Origin: Balanoglossus misakiensis
Lineage: Eukaryota > Animalia > Hemichordata
Direction of reading: 5' to 3'
Length of the DNA stretch: 64,000 bases
Assembly: GCA_040954595.2 (NCBI GenBank)
Contig: CM082578.2
Coordinates: 16,104,998 to 16,168,997 of the forward strand
Both the position numbers and the translations under genes were made by a program. Below are positions 38,057 through 53,076 of the stretch, in pieces (positions within the stretch are counted from its first letter, which is position 1; each line of letters starts with the position of its first letter). Under the pieces are notes generated by a model. It ran no database searches, was not told where the DNA came from, and saw nothing but the letters and a program-made list of their open reading frames with translations.

Positions 38057-41000
38057 ATGCTGCAAAATATGTGGTGCTACCTTTTGGCTAGTTTAGCAGT
38101 TTATGGTAAGTATAATTGTTGGTCAAAATCATAGATCTATGATCCACAACATTCACAGATCATGTATACACCATGGAGGTACTAAGTACCTCCATGGTAT
38201 ACACAGATCTGCAAATGCATTGTGTAAGAAAGTTTCATAATTTTGGATGTTTGTGAGTTTTAGCCACCCTCTACCAGCTGTAGTACTGCAGCTTGAGGTT
38301 TTTACCAAGTGGTAGACAAGAAAATCAGTCGGGGTGTCATTGATAGCTTTGGTGCCAGTGTTCTCAAACTTTCTGACACTTCCAAAGTTTGATCTGACAT
38401 AAATAGAAGCAACTCGAACCACGTTGCCGGTTATTTATTGTAGACCCGGCCCCTGGTATTCTGGAATGTGCTTCACAATATTAGGTCAACTTTGTAACTC
38501 CCTTAATACTGACTGAATGCCTGAGGCAAGAAGCATTTTCCAGTTCAAACAACTTTCCCTTTGGGCGTCCGATGATTATAGCAAAACCGTAGTGCAAACA
38601 TTGCCTTTTTGTTTTAAATTGAACAATGTGCATTAATGTTTCTAGCCTCCGCCTCCCCCCTAATAATGTTTAATCCACCTTAGATTATGCGCCCCGTTTT
38701 TGTCATTGTACATGTAAAAAAGAACTACATGTACTGTCTAAAATGGTGATGATAGCTAGGTTGAATAAAAAAGCCAAGGGCTAAACATTCTGTTATTCAC
38801 AGAATGCCTACAAGTTGACACCTACTTGGGTGTAAGTGTTTGTTGTTAGGTAAGAGGGAGGGAGCCATAGGAAGCCATTGGTCTGGTAGAACCAGCAATG
38901 ATATTGGTCACCAAGTTGTGAGAAGTGATCTCTGTATCTATGGCAACGGCACATAGGAGGCACTGGTTGGTATTCGATCACTCAACTAGCGCTCCGAAGG
39001 ATCTTACCATTGTATGCATACATTAGACAAGGTACAATTGGTTTATATAAGTTTTAAATGCCGTGGATTCATGTGAGAGCACAGTGTCCTTGACACATTT
39101 TTTTCATGATGGAGATTTGACAAAATATACTTACAGTCGATGGTGCAGACATGAATGAAACCATGTCAGTGGGTTATAAACCCAAATAATTAAGTGCACA
39201 TTGGGTTAAGCTAAAATGAGGAAAAGTTCAAGACTCAATGCGCACACTACGTAAAGGTGAGATTGTATTTCATTGCAATGTAAATCAGTGTCGGGCTGAG
39301 GGGAAATGAAGGGAATTAGCATAGGTAAGGCTTTATGTGTAGACTGTCCCATTTGGTTGCAAGTGATTGACTGACTGGCTGCATGGTTTCCTTTTAAACC
39401 CACTCCTGTTTAGTTTTGGTTTAAACCCAACAAAATTTGAGACTGGTTGTCTGATAAAAGACTTCCCCAGGTATTGTTCTCTGTTGCTGAGAAGGTTTCA
39501 TTCTTGATTGGTGCTTTACATGAACATGTTCAGTTTGAAAAAGAAAATATCACATTTCATTGAACCCATTTAGAACCCCCCCCCCCCCTTTTTTTTTGCT
39601 CATGAGTATCCAGGCTTTCATAAACCTGGTTGTAATTACCTGGTGGGTAGAGGTTTCTTCATTTGTGTTTAGGGATTCAAACATCACTGATACTGTCTTT
39701 GAACTCCAGAAACTTATTAGAGTAGAATTTCTAAGTCATTAACTCTCTCCAGAATTTATTCAAAGCTGATGGATGCCCTTGATTGGCAAAAATTGGAAAG
39801 AACGGATTTCATTGCCGTTGGAATAGTGGTTACTGAAAGATGACATTGTAATTCAAAGTGTCTGGTCACCCACATCCTTGTATGACCCCTTTCCTGCCCA
39901 CAGTGACCTTGTCAGTATACATGTGAATGTAAATAAAGTTGTATGGATTTGAATAGAAAGTTTCTGTCTGAGAAGTATTAGAATGAAGCGAATCTGCAGG
40001 CGTGAAAGACATTATTCATGGGACAGTGTTAGAAGTTGTCTGAAGACTGGAAAAAGTGATCAAATGGTAGCAGAATTGTAGGATCATTATGTGACACCAA
40101 ACAGTGGTTCACGATCCACCAGTTCAAATTCCTCAGCGCGAAAGTTCAGCAATAAATAAACATTGGTCAACTTTTGGAGAAAAAAAAAGCATACGAAAAT
40201 TTGTGCTCAAGTCATAGGAATGGTATCGGTGTATCAACAGTTGATAAATTGTTTTGTCTACTGTGGAAGTATAGTAAAGTGACACAAGGTTTTCCTTGTG
40301 CATTGGGTTGAGACGTCAAAAGGTCAAAGTAAATTGTGTATTTATTTATCAGATCAGAGTCTCCTCCATAGATTCATTAAGGTCCCCTGTGATGGTAGGT
40401 GCCAGGGATGGGCTTGCTATAGAAACCACTGGGACCTTGACCCAACGTGGGTGTGACTGTCATAAAATAACATTCCTGGTGAAAATTTTGGAGAATAGTT
40501 CTGTGTAGAGTTTACAGTATCTTTGCGTCTCCAAGGCAAAGTATGTCATAAAATATCCTCTAAATGATCACATTGACCTCAATCCTAGCTCAATGCCAAA
40601 AGCATCTCTGTCTTTACATGTACCTAATAACTGTGCCGTAGTGCAGCATAGCAGATAGTGTGGATGTTTGAAATGATCTCTTATGGAATAGCAGCCTTGT
40701 TCTTGAGATGACATTTATAATCATAGATGGAAATAGATAACAAATGTCTTGGTGACCCCTGAAAAGTTCTTGGCAAATGAGAGTAACATACCCAAAAGCC
40801 TCTAGGGCACCTTATATATCCATAGTAATGGGAAGAGTACCATAGCTCTTAATATTTTAGGAAGTTACCAACAATGTGTGTTGTCAGTCTGTTCACAATT
40901 TGTGTGTTTTGTCTGCAGGTGCTATTGTTGAGGCGCAGCAAAGTCCCTGTGAGGGAGGGAGCTGTTACCCTGCAACTGGTGATCTCCTCATTGGGAGAGA

Positions 41001-44000
41001 AGAGCAACTTTTTTCTTCGTCGACGTGCGGTTTAGAAAAACCAGAACGGTTCTGCATTGTTAGTCATTTAACAGACCTTAAGAAGTGTTTTTATTGTGAC
41101 TCTCGCTCCGAATACGATGCCAGGAACACTTACAGTCACAGAATTAAAAATGTGATCACGTCGTTTGAAAACAGAAAGATAAAGTGGTTTCAGTCTGAAA
41201 ACGGCGTGGAAGATGTCAACGTCAGACTAGATTTGGAGGCGGAGTTCCATTTCACCCATCTCATCATGACCTTCAAGACCTTCCGTCCGGCAGCCATGTT
41301 TGTGGAAAGATCTTCGGATTTCGGGAGAACATGGAAAGTTTATCGTTACTATGCCTACAATTGTGAAGATTCTTTCCCTGACGTTCCACCTGGACCACAA
41401 CGTCACATTGATGAAGTCATTTGTGAAACCAGATATTCTGCTGTAGAACCATCCACAGAGGGTGAAGTAAGTGTTGATTTACATTGCTTGTATTGCTTTT
41501 TATCCCGTTATATCTTGATGTTCTATGATGGTGACATACCTATTCTTTATATTTTACCTGCCAGGTGATTTTCAGAGTTTTGCCTCCCAACCTGGAAAAA
41601 ATTGAAGATCCGTATGCGCCTGAAGTGCAGGATCTGTTGCGAGTGACAAATCTGCGAATCAATTTCACCAAACTTCACACCTTGGGAGACAACCTGCTTG
41701 ACAACAGGGATGAAATCAAAGAAAAGTACTATTACTCTATCTATGATATGGTGGTCAGAGGAAGCTGTCAGTGTTACGGTCATGCTACCAGGTGTATACC
41801 TTTGGAAGGAATGAAACCTGTCCCAAACATGGTAAGTGGCATGTTCATTTTAAGAGACAAAATCCTCCCAGCTGTTGCTAAGCACACTGCGTTCACTTGT
41901 TATCACTCCTAACTTTATAATGGTGACTGATGAGTTGGAAACGGATGACAATTCGTTGAGTGTAAATCAAAACTGCTGTAGCACTAGAAATAAATACAGT
42001 TGTCTGACCACATTTAAAAACAACTTCCTAAATATCAATTAGTCAACCCCTAATCTAATTGTCAATGATATCGCATGAAATTGAAATTCCAAATAACCAC
42101 CCAACCACCAATAATCAATCATGGATGACTGTTTGGTAATGGGCCTATTCGAAAAATAAATGGTACAATATCCCATTTGTATGTTTATTCTTTTACTTTT
42201 CTGCTGTGGCCAAGTCAGTGCCTCTAGTAATGTATGATTTGAGAGTCGTGTGGTAGGATTTTCCCTAGTAGCACCATAAAACTCTTATGTTTACCCTGGT
42301 GGAGATGCATGCATGAGATGTGGAATTCCAACCAGGCAAATACCTTATCTTGTGTACTCAATCTGAACCAGGGTCAGAGTTCAGAGAGGTCATCTACAGG
42401 GCTTGTAATTGATTGACTTCTCCTAGCAGCTATGAGTATTGCAATGCATACTGAGAAATATTTGATACTGATAACTACAGCAATCTGGACAATTTATGAT
42501 CTCAAAGATAGCAATGTTTAATTTTCACTCCTGTTGATTTATAGTAGCCTGGTTTAGAAGTAAGCTAATGCTTGCATACATGTACACTTTCAGTTGAAAA
42601 TATGTACAGTTGTACCTATTCTTGGGCAGAGAATGCCTTCTTGGAGTCACAGTAACTCTAACTTTTGGCTATTTTCTTTACAATGTAAGTCTAATGATAA
42701 CTGATATTGTATCCGTTATGTTACTTATTCATTCCAAGTAATAATGTATGGTGTCACTGTTTCCTGACTTTGATATGTTTTTGACATGGTGACTTGTTAC
42801 AGGTATATGGTAACTGTGACTGTACTCACAATACTAAGGGTCTGAACTGTGAACTTTGTGAAGATTTCTACAATGATTTGCCATGGAGACCAGCCAGTGG
42901 GACTGAGAGCAATGCCTGTAAACGTAAGTTGCTACATTTTGTACCTCTGTAAATGCATGTCTTGGTTTCGTAGCATGCAGATATACTTAGTATGCATCCT
43001 AACCTACATCTTTTTTCTCTGGTTTCAGGTTGTAATTGTAACAACCATGCTTCAAAGTGTCACTTTGATCCTGCGGTATACGAACAGACAGGCAGAGTCA
43101 GTGGTGGTGTGTGTGATGATTGCCAACACAATACTATGGGAAGGAACTGTGAACAGTGTCGTCCATTCTTTTACATGGATCCACAGAGAGACATCAGAGA
43201 TCCAAACATCTGTCTGCGTAAGTAAAACAGTTCAAATGTTCTTTTGTTGATAAGGAGGTGAAACTTCTGATGTAGAGGATCTTGCCTGAAATTCACCATT
43301 GAAAACTATTTTATCAGTCATGATCATTAAATATGGTATTGTCTTTGTTTTTTGAAAAAGCTTGTAACTGTGATCCCAATGGTGCTGTCAATGGCGGGGA
43401 ATGTGAAAGCCATGAAGATATTGAGAATGGATTGCAAGCAGGCCGTTGTATTTGTAAGAGATTTGTGGAGGGTGATCGTTGTGACATATGCCGCGATGGG
43501 TACTGGGATCTCAGCTTTGATAATCCTGAAGGCTGCAGAGGTGAGTGTTTTCTTTGAAACACTGATGGCATAAATGGGTGTTAAGTATCTGATTACAACC
43601 AAAGAGAATGGGTGTGGTGTGGAGTTCATGTAGGCTGTTGTCTGCTTATTAGACACTCTCACAGCCTGTGGCTATGTTCTACCACAAGGCTTTTTACATG
43701 TACTATATTGATCCAAAATCAAAGTACTTGTAAGTTGGGCATATTCTGGTATGAATGATCACACAACATGCTTGATTTACTCCATCAAAGGCGGGAACTG
43801 ACCTGCGAAAATGACACCACAAATCTCAGCATACTATCTCATACACACCACATCGATCATTGAACTGGGAAACTGAAGTATAACCGCATACCCATGTGTG
43901 TACAACCTAAATGTAACAGACAGCAGATGGGATAATCTAAACTGTCAGTTCAACTCTGTCTTTTCTAGCGTGTTCATGTGTTCTGCAAGGCACAGTGGGC

Positions 44001-47000
44001 AACCAAGGCTGTGATAAGGAGAATGGACAGTGTGTCTGCAAGAGACTTGTTACTGGCAGAGATTGCGATGAGTGCTTGGTAAGATGATCCCAATCTTCTC
44101 TTATTACACGAAGTCTTTAAATATCTGCCTGTTGAAGTGGGTAGACGTTCGTATGAAATGCTCTTTTTTAGTGCAGATAGATTCTAATTTTATTCAACAA
44201 TTTAAAAATATTGCATGTACTTATCTATTGTCTCTGTACTTTCAGCCTGGATATTGGGGATTGAGTGATGATCCAGACGGTTGCAAGCCATGTGATTGTG
44301 ATATTGGTGGTGCCTATGATAATATATGTGACATGGGTAATGGACAGTGCAGGTGCAAACGTAATATCATATCAAGACGATGCGACATGGTGGAGCCGGG
44401 CTATTATGTTCCAGGATTAGATGTACTCACCTATGAAGCTGAGCTTGGCAGAGGCACAGGAGTAAGTTATGTGTAATTCATAAAGTGTGTGTTTTCTGCT
44501 TAGTGTTTTGAGAGCAGAAGTTTTACAAACCAAACCAACACCCTGAGGAGATTGTAATTTGAGTTACTAATGTGAAGTTTCTTGCACTTTCCCAATCTTT
44601 GTAGCCAACATCTGTGGATGTGAGACTCCAGCCTGATGGTACCATAGTGACTTGGACAGGCCCCGGATTTATGAAAGTCCGAGAAGGTGGCAGTGTGGAA
44701 TTCATCGTGGATAACATTCCGGTATCAATGGAATATAAGGTCATGTTGAGATATGAACCACAGGTATGTGACTTGATATGATAGTTTGACCTATTTGTTG
44801 GCCTGAAAGGAAGTCAGCAGTTTGAAATAAAACATTTCTCCAGGGAGTTGATCAAGAGTTGCTGATTTCATGCAAGTGAGAATAAATCAGGTCATATTTT
44901 ATTGACCTGAATTTACAACCAAGGTGCCCCGCTGACTTTGATATTCATTGGCACATTCTTTGGTTCACACATTGGCCAGATAGATAACATTGGCCATGTG
45001 TTGATGCTTTACAATGTATGTTGTTACCACGTAACACTGAACTACAGAACTCCCCTCTTCATCTGATGGTACACATTTGTTAATTTGTATTTTGAAGCTG
45101 CCCGAGACATGGGACGATGTACGTGTGACAGTCATCAGACCTTCGGATATCCCGACAAGCAGTGAATGTGGAAATACCATCCCTCAAGATGATCTCTTGG
45201 CGACATCTTTGCTACCTGGACAAAGGTGGGTTTAAAGGGTTCTCTCTGGCTATTTAGGGTCAAGGGTCACAAGGTCAGCGGTCATGTCTGTACATAATAT
45301 GAATGCATAATGGTGGAAGCTTTCATCAGTCTTTCATATCTAGTTTAAATTAATCTGACACCTAGTATGGCTTTGTCTTTTGTATGTTTGAACTATTTTT
45401 TTGGTCAGATTTGAACATCTTCAAAACTTCGAGATACATTTCTAGTTTTCCAACCATTAAATCAATTAGCATTTTGCCTTTTGGTTCAGTGCAAACACTG
45501 AAGTATTTCCCAGCTACCACGTATTTACAGACACTCAGAAGGTTACAGTTATCACTATACAGTTGTTATACAAAACTTCATACATCATATCAAAGTCATT
45601 TAACACAGAGACAAAATCTGAAAGAAGGTGTGACCTCTACTCCAGAGAGGTGCAAGAAAGAAGATTTAGGTCAAATCTTTCTTTCAGACTGTCTTGACCT
45701 ACTTTTAATAAGAGTCATAAATATGTCAACACATCTGGAGAGATTGGGATCAAGTCATAAATTTCGTATTCACAGCTGTAAACTGTATCTGCCCATAATA
45801 CAAAGCTAACGCAAGCGACCCAAATAATTCTATGTCGTGTTGATGCACCATTTATAACAGGATTTGTGTGTCCTGGAGTTGAAGTCAGACTGATTACTTA
45901 CTTGATTTCTCTCAGAAGAAGCAGGGGAAGATACTTTTAGATAGACATTGCTATGCTTTAATAAACAACCATACACACGTGTGGATATTATAATCCTGTT
46001 CCTGGCCTGACCCTGCCGGTTCAACGTCATGCTACACACTGACCTCTGGTCATTTAATCAAATGACCCATAGACAAGAAGGGAGTATGTCATCTACAATG
46101 ACTTGTACAGAATGTATACAAAGTTTAATTAGGTGAAAGTGGAGGCTTTGTACTGACAGTTGCTTTTCCTGATGATACATTTCAGTTTTTTTGCAGTGAC
46201 TTCATTTCTGATTGCTTTCATTAATTTCAAATATTTTTCTGTTGTAGACAGCGAGTTCTTACCCGTCCAGTTTGTCTGGAACGTGGACAGCGATACACAA
46301 TCAGGGTGGATTTCAACAGATATCACAATGGCGCCCCAACACCTGCTGCCCAGGTCTTATTCGACTCTGTAAGTCTTTAAGTCGACTCCTTTATCAAATA
46401 TCAAAGCAGTACATTGAAGATATGGGGCAAATATGCGTAAACTTAATTATTTTTGAAAATAAAGAAGTATGGATGTTTCTTCTTGTCACAAGGATTTTGA
46501 ATTTGACTAACACATATTTGTGTACAGCTTGTCTTGGTACCGTCGCACACCAGCCTGGATATGTTCCTAGGTCCGGATCCAGCTCAGGAAAGAAGGGAAC
46601 AGTATGAGAGATATCTTTGTGAGGAAAGTCAACTTCCTGTCAACAAGCCACCAATGGCTGAAATTTGCGAAGATCTTATCTTCAGTATGTCAGCTTCAAT
46701 GTATGATGGTGCTCTTCGTAAGTATTTATTTTTTTAATCACAACTCTTCCTCAAAACTGGCAAATATTGCTCCAGAAGACATTATTGCTTTGATCTATTT
46801 TTCCATAATTCTGACTCTGTTTTAGTATATCATAATCATTGATGATTATTCGAACTTTATTATAATATTATGGACATGCCTTTGGATTTTTAGCTTGTGA
46901 CTGCGATGGTACCGGTTCTCTCAGTGGTGAGTGTGCAGGAATTGGTGGTCAGTGTGAATGTAAACCTAATGTGATTGGCCGACGATGTGACAGATGTGCA

Positions 47001-50000
47001 CCTGGCACTTATGGATTTGGACCACAGGGATGTCTGCGTGAGTATTGCTCTCTGTAGCTACATAGATTTAGTTGTCGGTTGTTTTGAAGACTAACAGCTG
47101 AATGCATGCGTTCTATCCACATGTACCGAACTATTGAGAATTTAGGGGAGATTTTTCAAGTTACCTATACTTACTGTTTCAGCTTGTGACTGCAACCAGA
47201 TTGGTTCAAGAGGTTTACTGTGTGATGTGATCAGTGGACAGTGTCCATGCAATGTGAATACATTTGGTCGTCAGTGTGACTTGTGTGAACCAGGCTTCTG
47301 GAATTTCCCCAACTGTCAGCCATGTCAGTGTAATGGACATGCTGACACATGTGATTCAAGAACAGGTGCTTGTCTTGAATGCAGAGATAATACTGCAGGC
47401 CAGTTTTGTCAAATGTAAGTATTTCCCAACTCTACACATGTATCATTGTTATTGGGTAAACATTTGATTATGAGACAGAAATAATTTGCAGTGCCCATGA
47501 TTTGTCATTTGCTATATCTTTCCCAAACATTCTAGTGGTCATTGTCAAAGTGTACTAGCTTCATGTCAGTCACATCCAGTCAATAAAAGTAACGCCTGAT
47601 AAAGTTTATGAAATACAAGACAGATTCTTCCAATGGGACCGACTGTCCAGATATCAACATGACTGTTTTCCATTGCAGATGCGAGGCAGGTTACTATGGT
47701 GATCCTCGTGAAGGTGTCAATCAACAATGCCAGCCATGTATGTGTCCAGGTGGTGCAGGCAGTGGCTTTCAGTTTGCTGATACTTGCTATCTTGACCCCA
47801 GGTCACAGACAGTCATTTGTGAGTGTAAGGAGGGATATACAGGTAAGGATATAACTAACTGTCTATATTAAATAATTTTTCCTTTTGTCCATGTAATGAT
47901 TTGATGATAAATATGACATTGTATAATACATCTAATTACTTCAGAATGTGATGAATTTTAATGACTGCATGAATCATCTCATCATGGCAGCTATATATTG
48001 ACTGTCTATCCAAGATTTCTGTGTTGATGACCAGGTTTTCTCTTTGATGCTATTTAGGTATCCGCTGTGATCAGTGCGACAACAACTACTTTGGCAATCC
48101 ACTCATTCCCGGCGGTGGCTGTCAGAACTGTACCTGTAACGGCAACATCGATCCCTCAGTGCCTGGCAATTGCGATGCCAGAACTGGGGAATGTTTAAGA
48201 TGTCTCTACCACACTGCAGGGTCAAACTGTGAAGTCTGTGAGTCTGGCTATTATGGCAACGCCTTGGAAAGAGATTGCCGGCGTAAGTATTAAAATAACC
48301 TTTTAAAGTCTTCTTTATCCCCAAGTCTGGTATAGTTAAAAGGCTTGTAGATTCATTGGAGCAAAATTAATGCTAATTTTATAGTGTACATGTGCATGCA
48401 AAAACTAGACTATGGTATTTTTACCGTTGATCAAATGGGGGTATTACATGCACATCCAAATTGTCTTTTGTCATTGACCTCTTTGCCTGAAAATGTAGAT
48501 TTCGGAATTAGGTTTCAAGTGTTGAACTGTGGTACTGTTTGGGGAAAAAATTGATAATTTGCCTGTCTCATTTATCTCGCCTGCAGAGTGTGTATGTAAC
48601 ATTCTTGGTACAGACAGAAGTGTCTGTGATAACATGAACAACTGTGGCATATGTGACGCAGTGACCGGTCAGTGTCCATGTCTGCCCAATGTTGTTGGTC
48701 AGAACTGTGATCAGTGTGCTGCAGATCACTGGAAGCTGGCCAGTGGTAGAGGATGTGAGCTTTGCAATTGTTGTGAATATGGCTCCCTCTCTGCTCAGTG
48801 TAATGAGGTAAGCTGTGTCAAATGCTCCATTTCCACTGCATCAAAAATAGCCTTGGAAACTGTGTTTAGTGTATTTACTTTTTAAGCTAAATCTTTGCCA
48901 ATTTAGGTCATGTGTGCTTACATTGTGTGTCTGTCTGCCTGTGTATGAACACAACATCTCAAGAACATCCATTTCAATAAAAGAATAACTGCTTATTTAT
49001 TCTTCTTTTTTTGCATAGTTTGATGGTCAGTGTATGTGTCGTCCAGGATTTGGTGGCAAGCAGTGTTGTGATTGTGAAGCCAACTTCTGGGGTAATCCTC
49101 TCGTCCAGTGCAGATGTAAGTATCAAACCATGCTTTTGGGGGAAATGAGTTGTAGAATGCAGTATGTACATGATTAAGGTTCCTTGTAAGGTTCGCATGG
49201 GTACTTCATTCAAGGAAAATTACCATGGCCAGGTGTTCAATGTACTTTGTGGTCTTTTTTCAGCCTGTGACTGTGATCCTGATGGTTCAGAGGCATTACA
49301 GTGTGATCGTGACACAGGGGTGTGTACATGCAAACCAGGTGTGACTGGCACCAAATGCGATCGATGTGACCGAGGAACTACTGGTGATTTGCCCAACTGT
49401 GAACCCTGTGGTGAATGCTTTGATGACTGGGACGCCATCATTGATGATCTCAGAAGTAAGTTGATGTGAAAAAAAGACTTGTTGGTTCTAGTTGTTGCAG
49501 CGTAGTGAAAATGTAACTGTATTTTATGCAGTGTATGCTAATACTTTTGAAAAGAGTCCATGGTTACTAGCTTTTTGTGCAAATTGACATTTACAGACCA
49601 GACTGATCATGAAATAGAACGTGCACGCAATATCGAACACACTGGTGCTCCTGGTGCCTATGATGATCAATTCAAAGAAATGGAGGACAAACTGAAGAAG
49701 ATCCAGGATCTATTGAGTGCTCCAAATGTCACTGAAGAAGAAGTGCAGGAATTGCAGGAGGATTTGGATGAGATCAGGTGAGTGCAGTGGACTCTGTCCT
49801 ATCTTGGCGTCGTTTGGTTTCACCTGTCTTCTTGAAAATGGAGAGATTACACTGTGTTTTAGAGTTACATTGTTTTGCATAATGACATCTTGAAACCAGT
49901 GTGAGATATTGCGTTAGTTTTGTGATCAAACACAAATGGGATTTTTGATATTGTTTTGATTTTCTCTTCCAGGAATGATTTAACAGGATACGAGAAACAG

Positions 50001-53000
50001 CTAGATATGATTGATGATGATGTCAAAGATGTAAATGACAGGGTGCTAGATGCTAATGATGAATTGGACCGATTGGAAGACGCTGCTGCAAATCTAGTTG
50101 CTGAGGCTGAAGATCTTGAACGGAATGTCACTGAAATTAGTTTATCTGATGTTGGCGGTAAGGCTTCTGTGGTTAACTGTGAATTTAGCTCTGTTTTTCA
50201 CAATGCATCTCTCAAGTGTTTGGAAGTTATTTCTAATGCACTCTTTCCAAATGATTATTTTGATATGAAATCTTGATGGAGAATCTTAGTATTACAAGAC
50301 TAGGGGTTACTCCAACCTGCAATATGTGTATGATATAAGTATCTTTGTATTTGACATTGACAGAGGCCTTCAAAATCGTGCAAGAAAGTCAGGCCAGGTC
50401 CAAAGCAGCCCAAGACAAAGTGGATGGTACAGCGCCAACCCTTGAGGAATCGGCTGAAGTTCGTGATGAGTTGGACAAACTCCTGAAAGACAAACAAGAC
50501 GATTTAGATGAGAAATATAAGGAAAATGAACGTGCTTTAAATGACATTGACAATCAGCTGGCTGGCCTTGAAGCCAAGCTAACAGATGTCAATGAAATGG
50601 TAAGTCAATCAGCACATTCCTCTACAACCATGTCAGATATCACAGAAAGCATACATTTCACCTCAATTGTTGCAGAATGTGAATTAGAACATAGAAGTGT
50701 TGTTACCCAGATCTTTTAGTCAAGCCAAGAAAATGTGGTTTTATATATTGTTTTATGAGCACACAATGTATAGAATGGTATATAAAATGACTTGTTTTGA
50801 TATGATCTAATTTCAGTACAGTATTGACTAACCATGAATATGAATTTTAACTTAGTAACATGTTTTGATTGCAGGTTTGTGGAGCTCCAGGCCATTCTTG
50901 TGATACTTGTGGTGGTGCTGGTTGCGGTGAATGTGGTGGTTTGGGCTGTGGGGGCGCTGTGCCTAAAGCTGACCAGGCCCTCAATAGAGCCAATGAGGCT
51001 GATCAGAAGTTGAGAGAGAAGGAACGAAAAGCTGGTGAGCTTCTAGACGAGGTTGAAGAAGCTGAAGCAGAGGCTGTGAAAGCCAAAGACATGGCACAGA
51101 TGGCGTATGATCTGGCACTGCAGGCCAAGACAGAAGCTGAAGGTGCTCAGACCAACCTGACTGATCTCTTGGATTCCATCACCGATTTCTTGCATTCTGA
51201 GGGTGCTAAACCAGCTGACATCAGACGCATTGCTGAGAAGGTGCTGGATATGAGCATCTCACTCACACCAGACGAAATCACAGGTAGGAAGCTCTACAGA
51301 CATGAACCTTGATGTGATGTTCAAAATTCTTGCATTCTTCCCCCCCCCCCCCCCCCCCCCCCAAAAAAAGGCATAGTGGTGTATCTCCCAATTCTGGGTG
51401 CATATATATCTGTTTACAAAATTCTAAATCCCTTTCAACTTTCAACTCTCTTGTCACAGAACTTGCCAGAGAAATTAATGAGACAATCCAGAATCTTGAC
51501 AACATTGATGCTATCTTGAATGCAACCAAGGATGATCTTGACAGAGCTAAGAAACTTAAAGAAGATGCAGAAAGGGCCAAGTAAGTGTCAGAGTCATATG
51601 TCCTAAATTGAATTCTCAGAAAATTGGCAGTCTTTGTCAATTTTAGCCCCTTGTCTTCCTGAGGCACGCTGAAAATACAAGCAAAGATACTGAGATGTAA
51701 TGGTAAAGTAGTTATTGTTGCACAGTCCTTACTGATTGTATCAGGAATCATCCCTACATGTGGTATCTTTCAGGGACTATGCTGATGATGTACTGGACAA
51801 AGCACATGAAGTTGTAGATGCTCTTGATGAAGCAGACAGAGCACAGGGTGCAGCTGATGATGCAATCGACAAAGCTGATGAAGATATCGAATCAGCTGGA
51901 GATGCTTTACTTCAGGTCAGTTATAATAACCAACTTACATGGCTCTCATGTCAAAAATTTGTTTATAAACAATCTTAATAATACTGAGTTCAATGCAAAT
52001 AAAGCAAAATAATCTTGTTATATAAAAATAATCAAATTCACAAAAATATTATTTTTAAACTCTGAGTCTTTGTGTTGATATTTGGCATCTTCTATTCTCT
52101 ATTTCTCAGATTGAATCTGAGACCAGTGCTGCCCTTGACAAAGTGCGAGATTCCTTAGACACAGTGAATCAAATGGATGACCAATTGGACGAAATCAAGA
52201 AGAAATTCACTGACAATGCATTGAATATCGGAAATGCTGCGGATGCTGCTGAAAAGGCAGATGAGCTGGCCGATAAAGCTGAACAGGTTTGTCAACACTT
52301 AGTCTTTTGATGTGAAGTCCTTCAGTAGTAAAACATGTTCATATCAGCATATTAGCTATCAGGTTTATAATTTTGCCTTGATATGCTAGACACAGGACCT
52401 CGGTCCTCATTAATATAAGCACCTTTTCAGTCAAATTAACAACTTGTGCACGACTATCATCTTGCATAAATGATCATTAACAATATTTCCATGATGTGGA
52501 ATGATATTGTTCCACAGGATGCAGATGATCTTCAAGATAAATACATTGATGCCACAAATCAAGTTGATGATAGGATCACAGAGAGTGACGATGCCTTGCG
52601 GAGAGCAGAGAAATTGAAGGACAATGCTACAGATCTGGAAGAAGAGACAAAGGGAAAACTTAAAGAACTTCAAGGTATGTTGGACTGTAATGATTCATGG
52701 CAGCATAGGGAATGAAGTCTGTGTTTTGCAGCCTTTGAATATAAGTCCTCCCCAGTACATGTATACATTTTGTCAGAAAGTTGAAATGCTGATATTGTAA
52801 ACATCACGGTTATATCACTAACATGGCTGTTATATTTTTCCCCAGACTGCATATAAAACATTTTCAGTTTGCTCAATCAGCCTACTCCCTCTGACAGATT
52901 CTTCACACAATCTGAATTTTCTATTTTCAGACATTCAAGACGACTTCACTACCAATGAGGGCACTCTCACTGGCCTGGCCGATGAGTTAGGTGATCTCAA

Positions 53001-53076
53001 TGATGAGATGACTCTTCTCCTGGCCGACATTGAAAGCAAAGCCCAGCACTACAGAACATGTCAACCTGGTACATAA
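38057..53076 (+). CDS. LAMB1: Laminin subunit beta (beta-1-like): signal peptide, LN domain, 13 LE repeats with an L4B domain, coiled coil with beta knob
   Basis: Signal exon 38057-38105 ([16 protein letters not shown]). Then [85 protein letters not shown], many LE repeats, L4B (YEAE..WTGPGF), [10 protein letters not shown], knob [27 protein letters not shown] and an acidic coiled coil ending HYRTCQPGT (TAA 53074-53076). AATAAA at ~54947. Confidence 0.95.
51340..51362 (+). repeat. Poly-C tract in a laminin intron (similar tracts at ~17035-17048 and ~39576-39588)
   Basis: Run of more than 20 C read directly from the sequence. Confidence 0.85.

Noticed and set aside
45384-45809. 141-aa ORF in a laminin intron
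   Set aside because: No homology recognised and intron-like composition. The laminin frame joins the exon ending ~45224 to the one starting ~46248 without it.
51278-51751. 157-aa antisense ORF with poly-Gly, and similar antisense ORFs over the coiled-coil genes
   Set aside because: These are shadow ORFs opposite real exons plus a poly-C tract.
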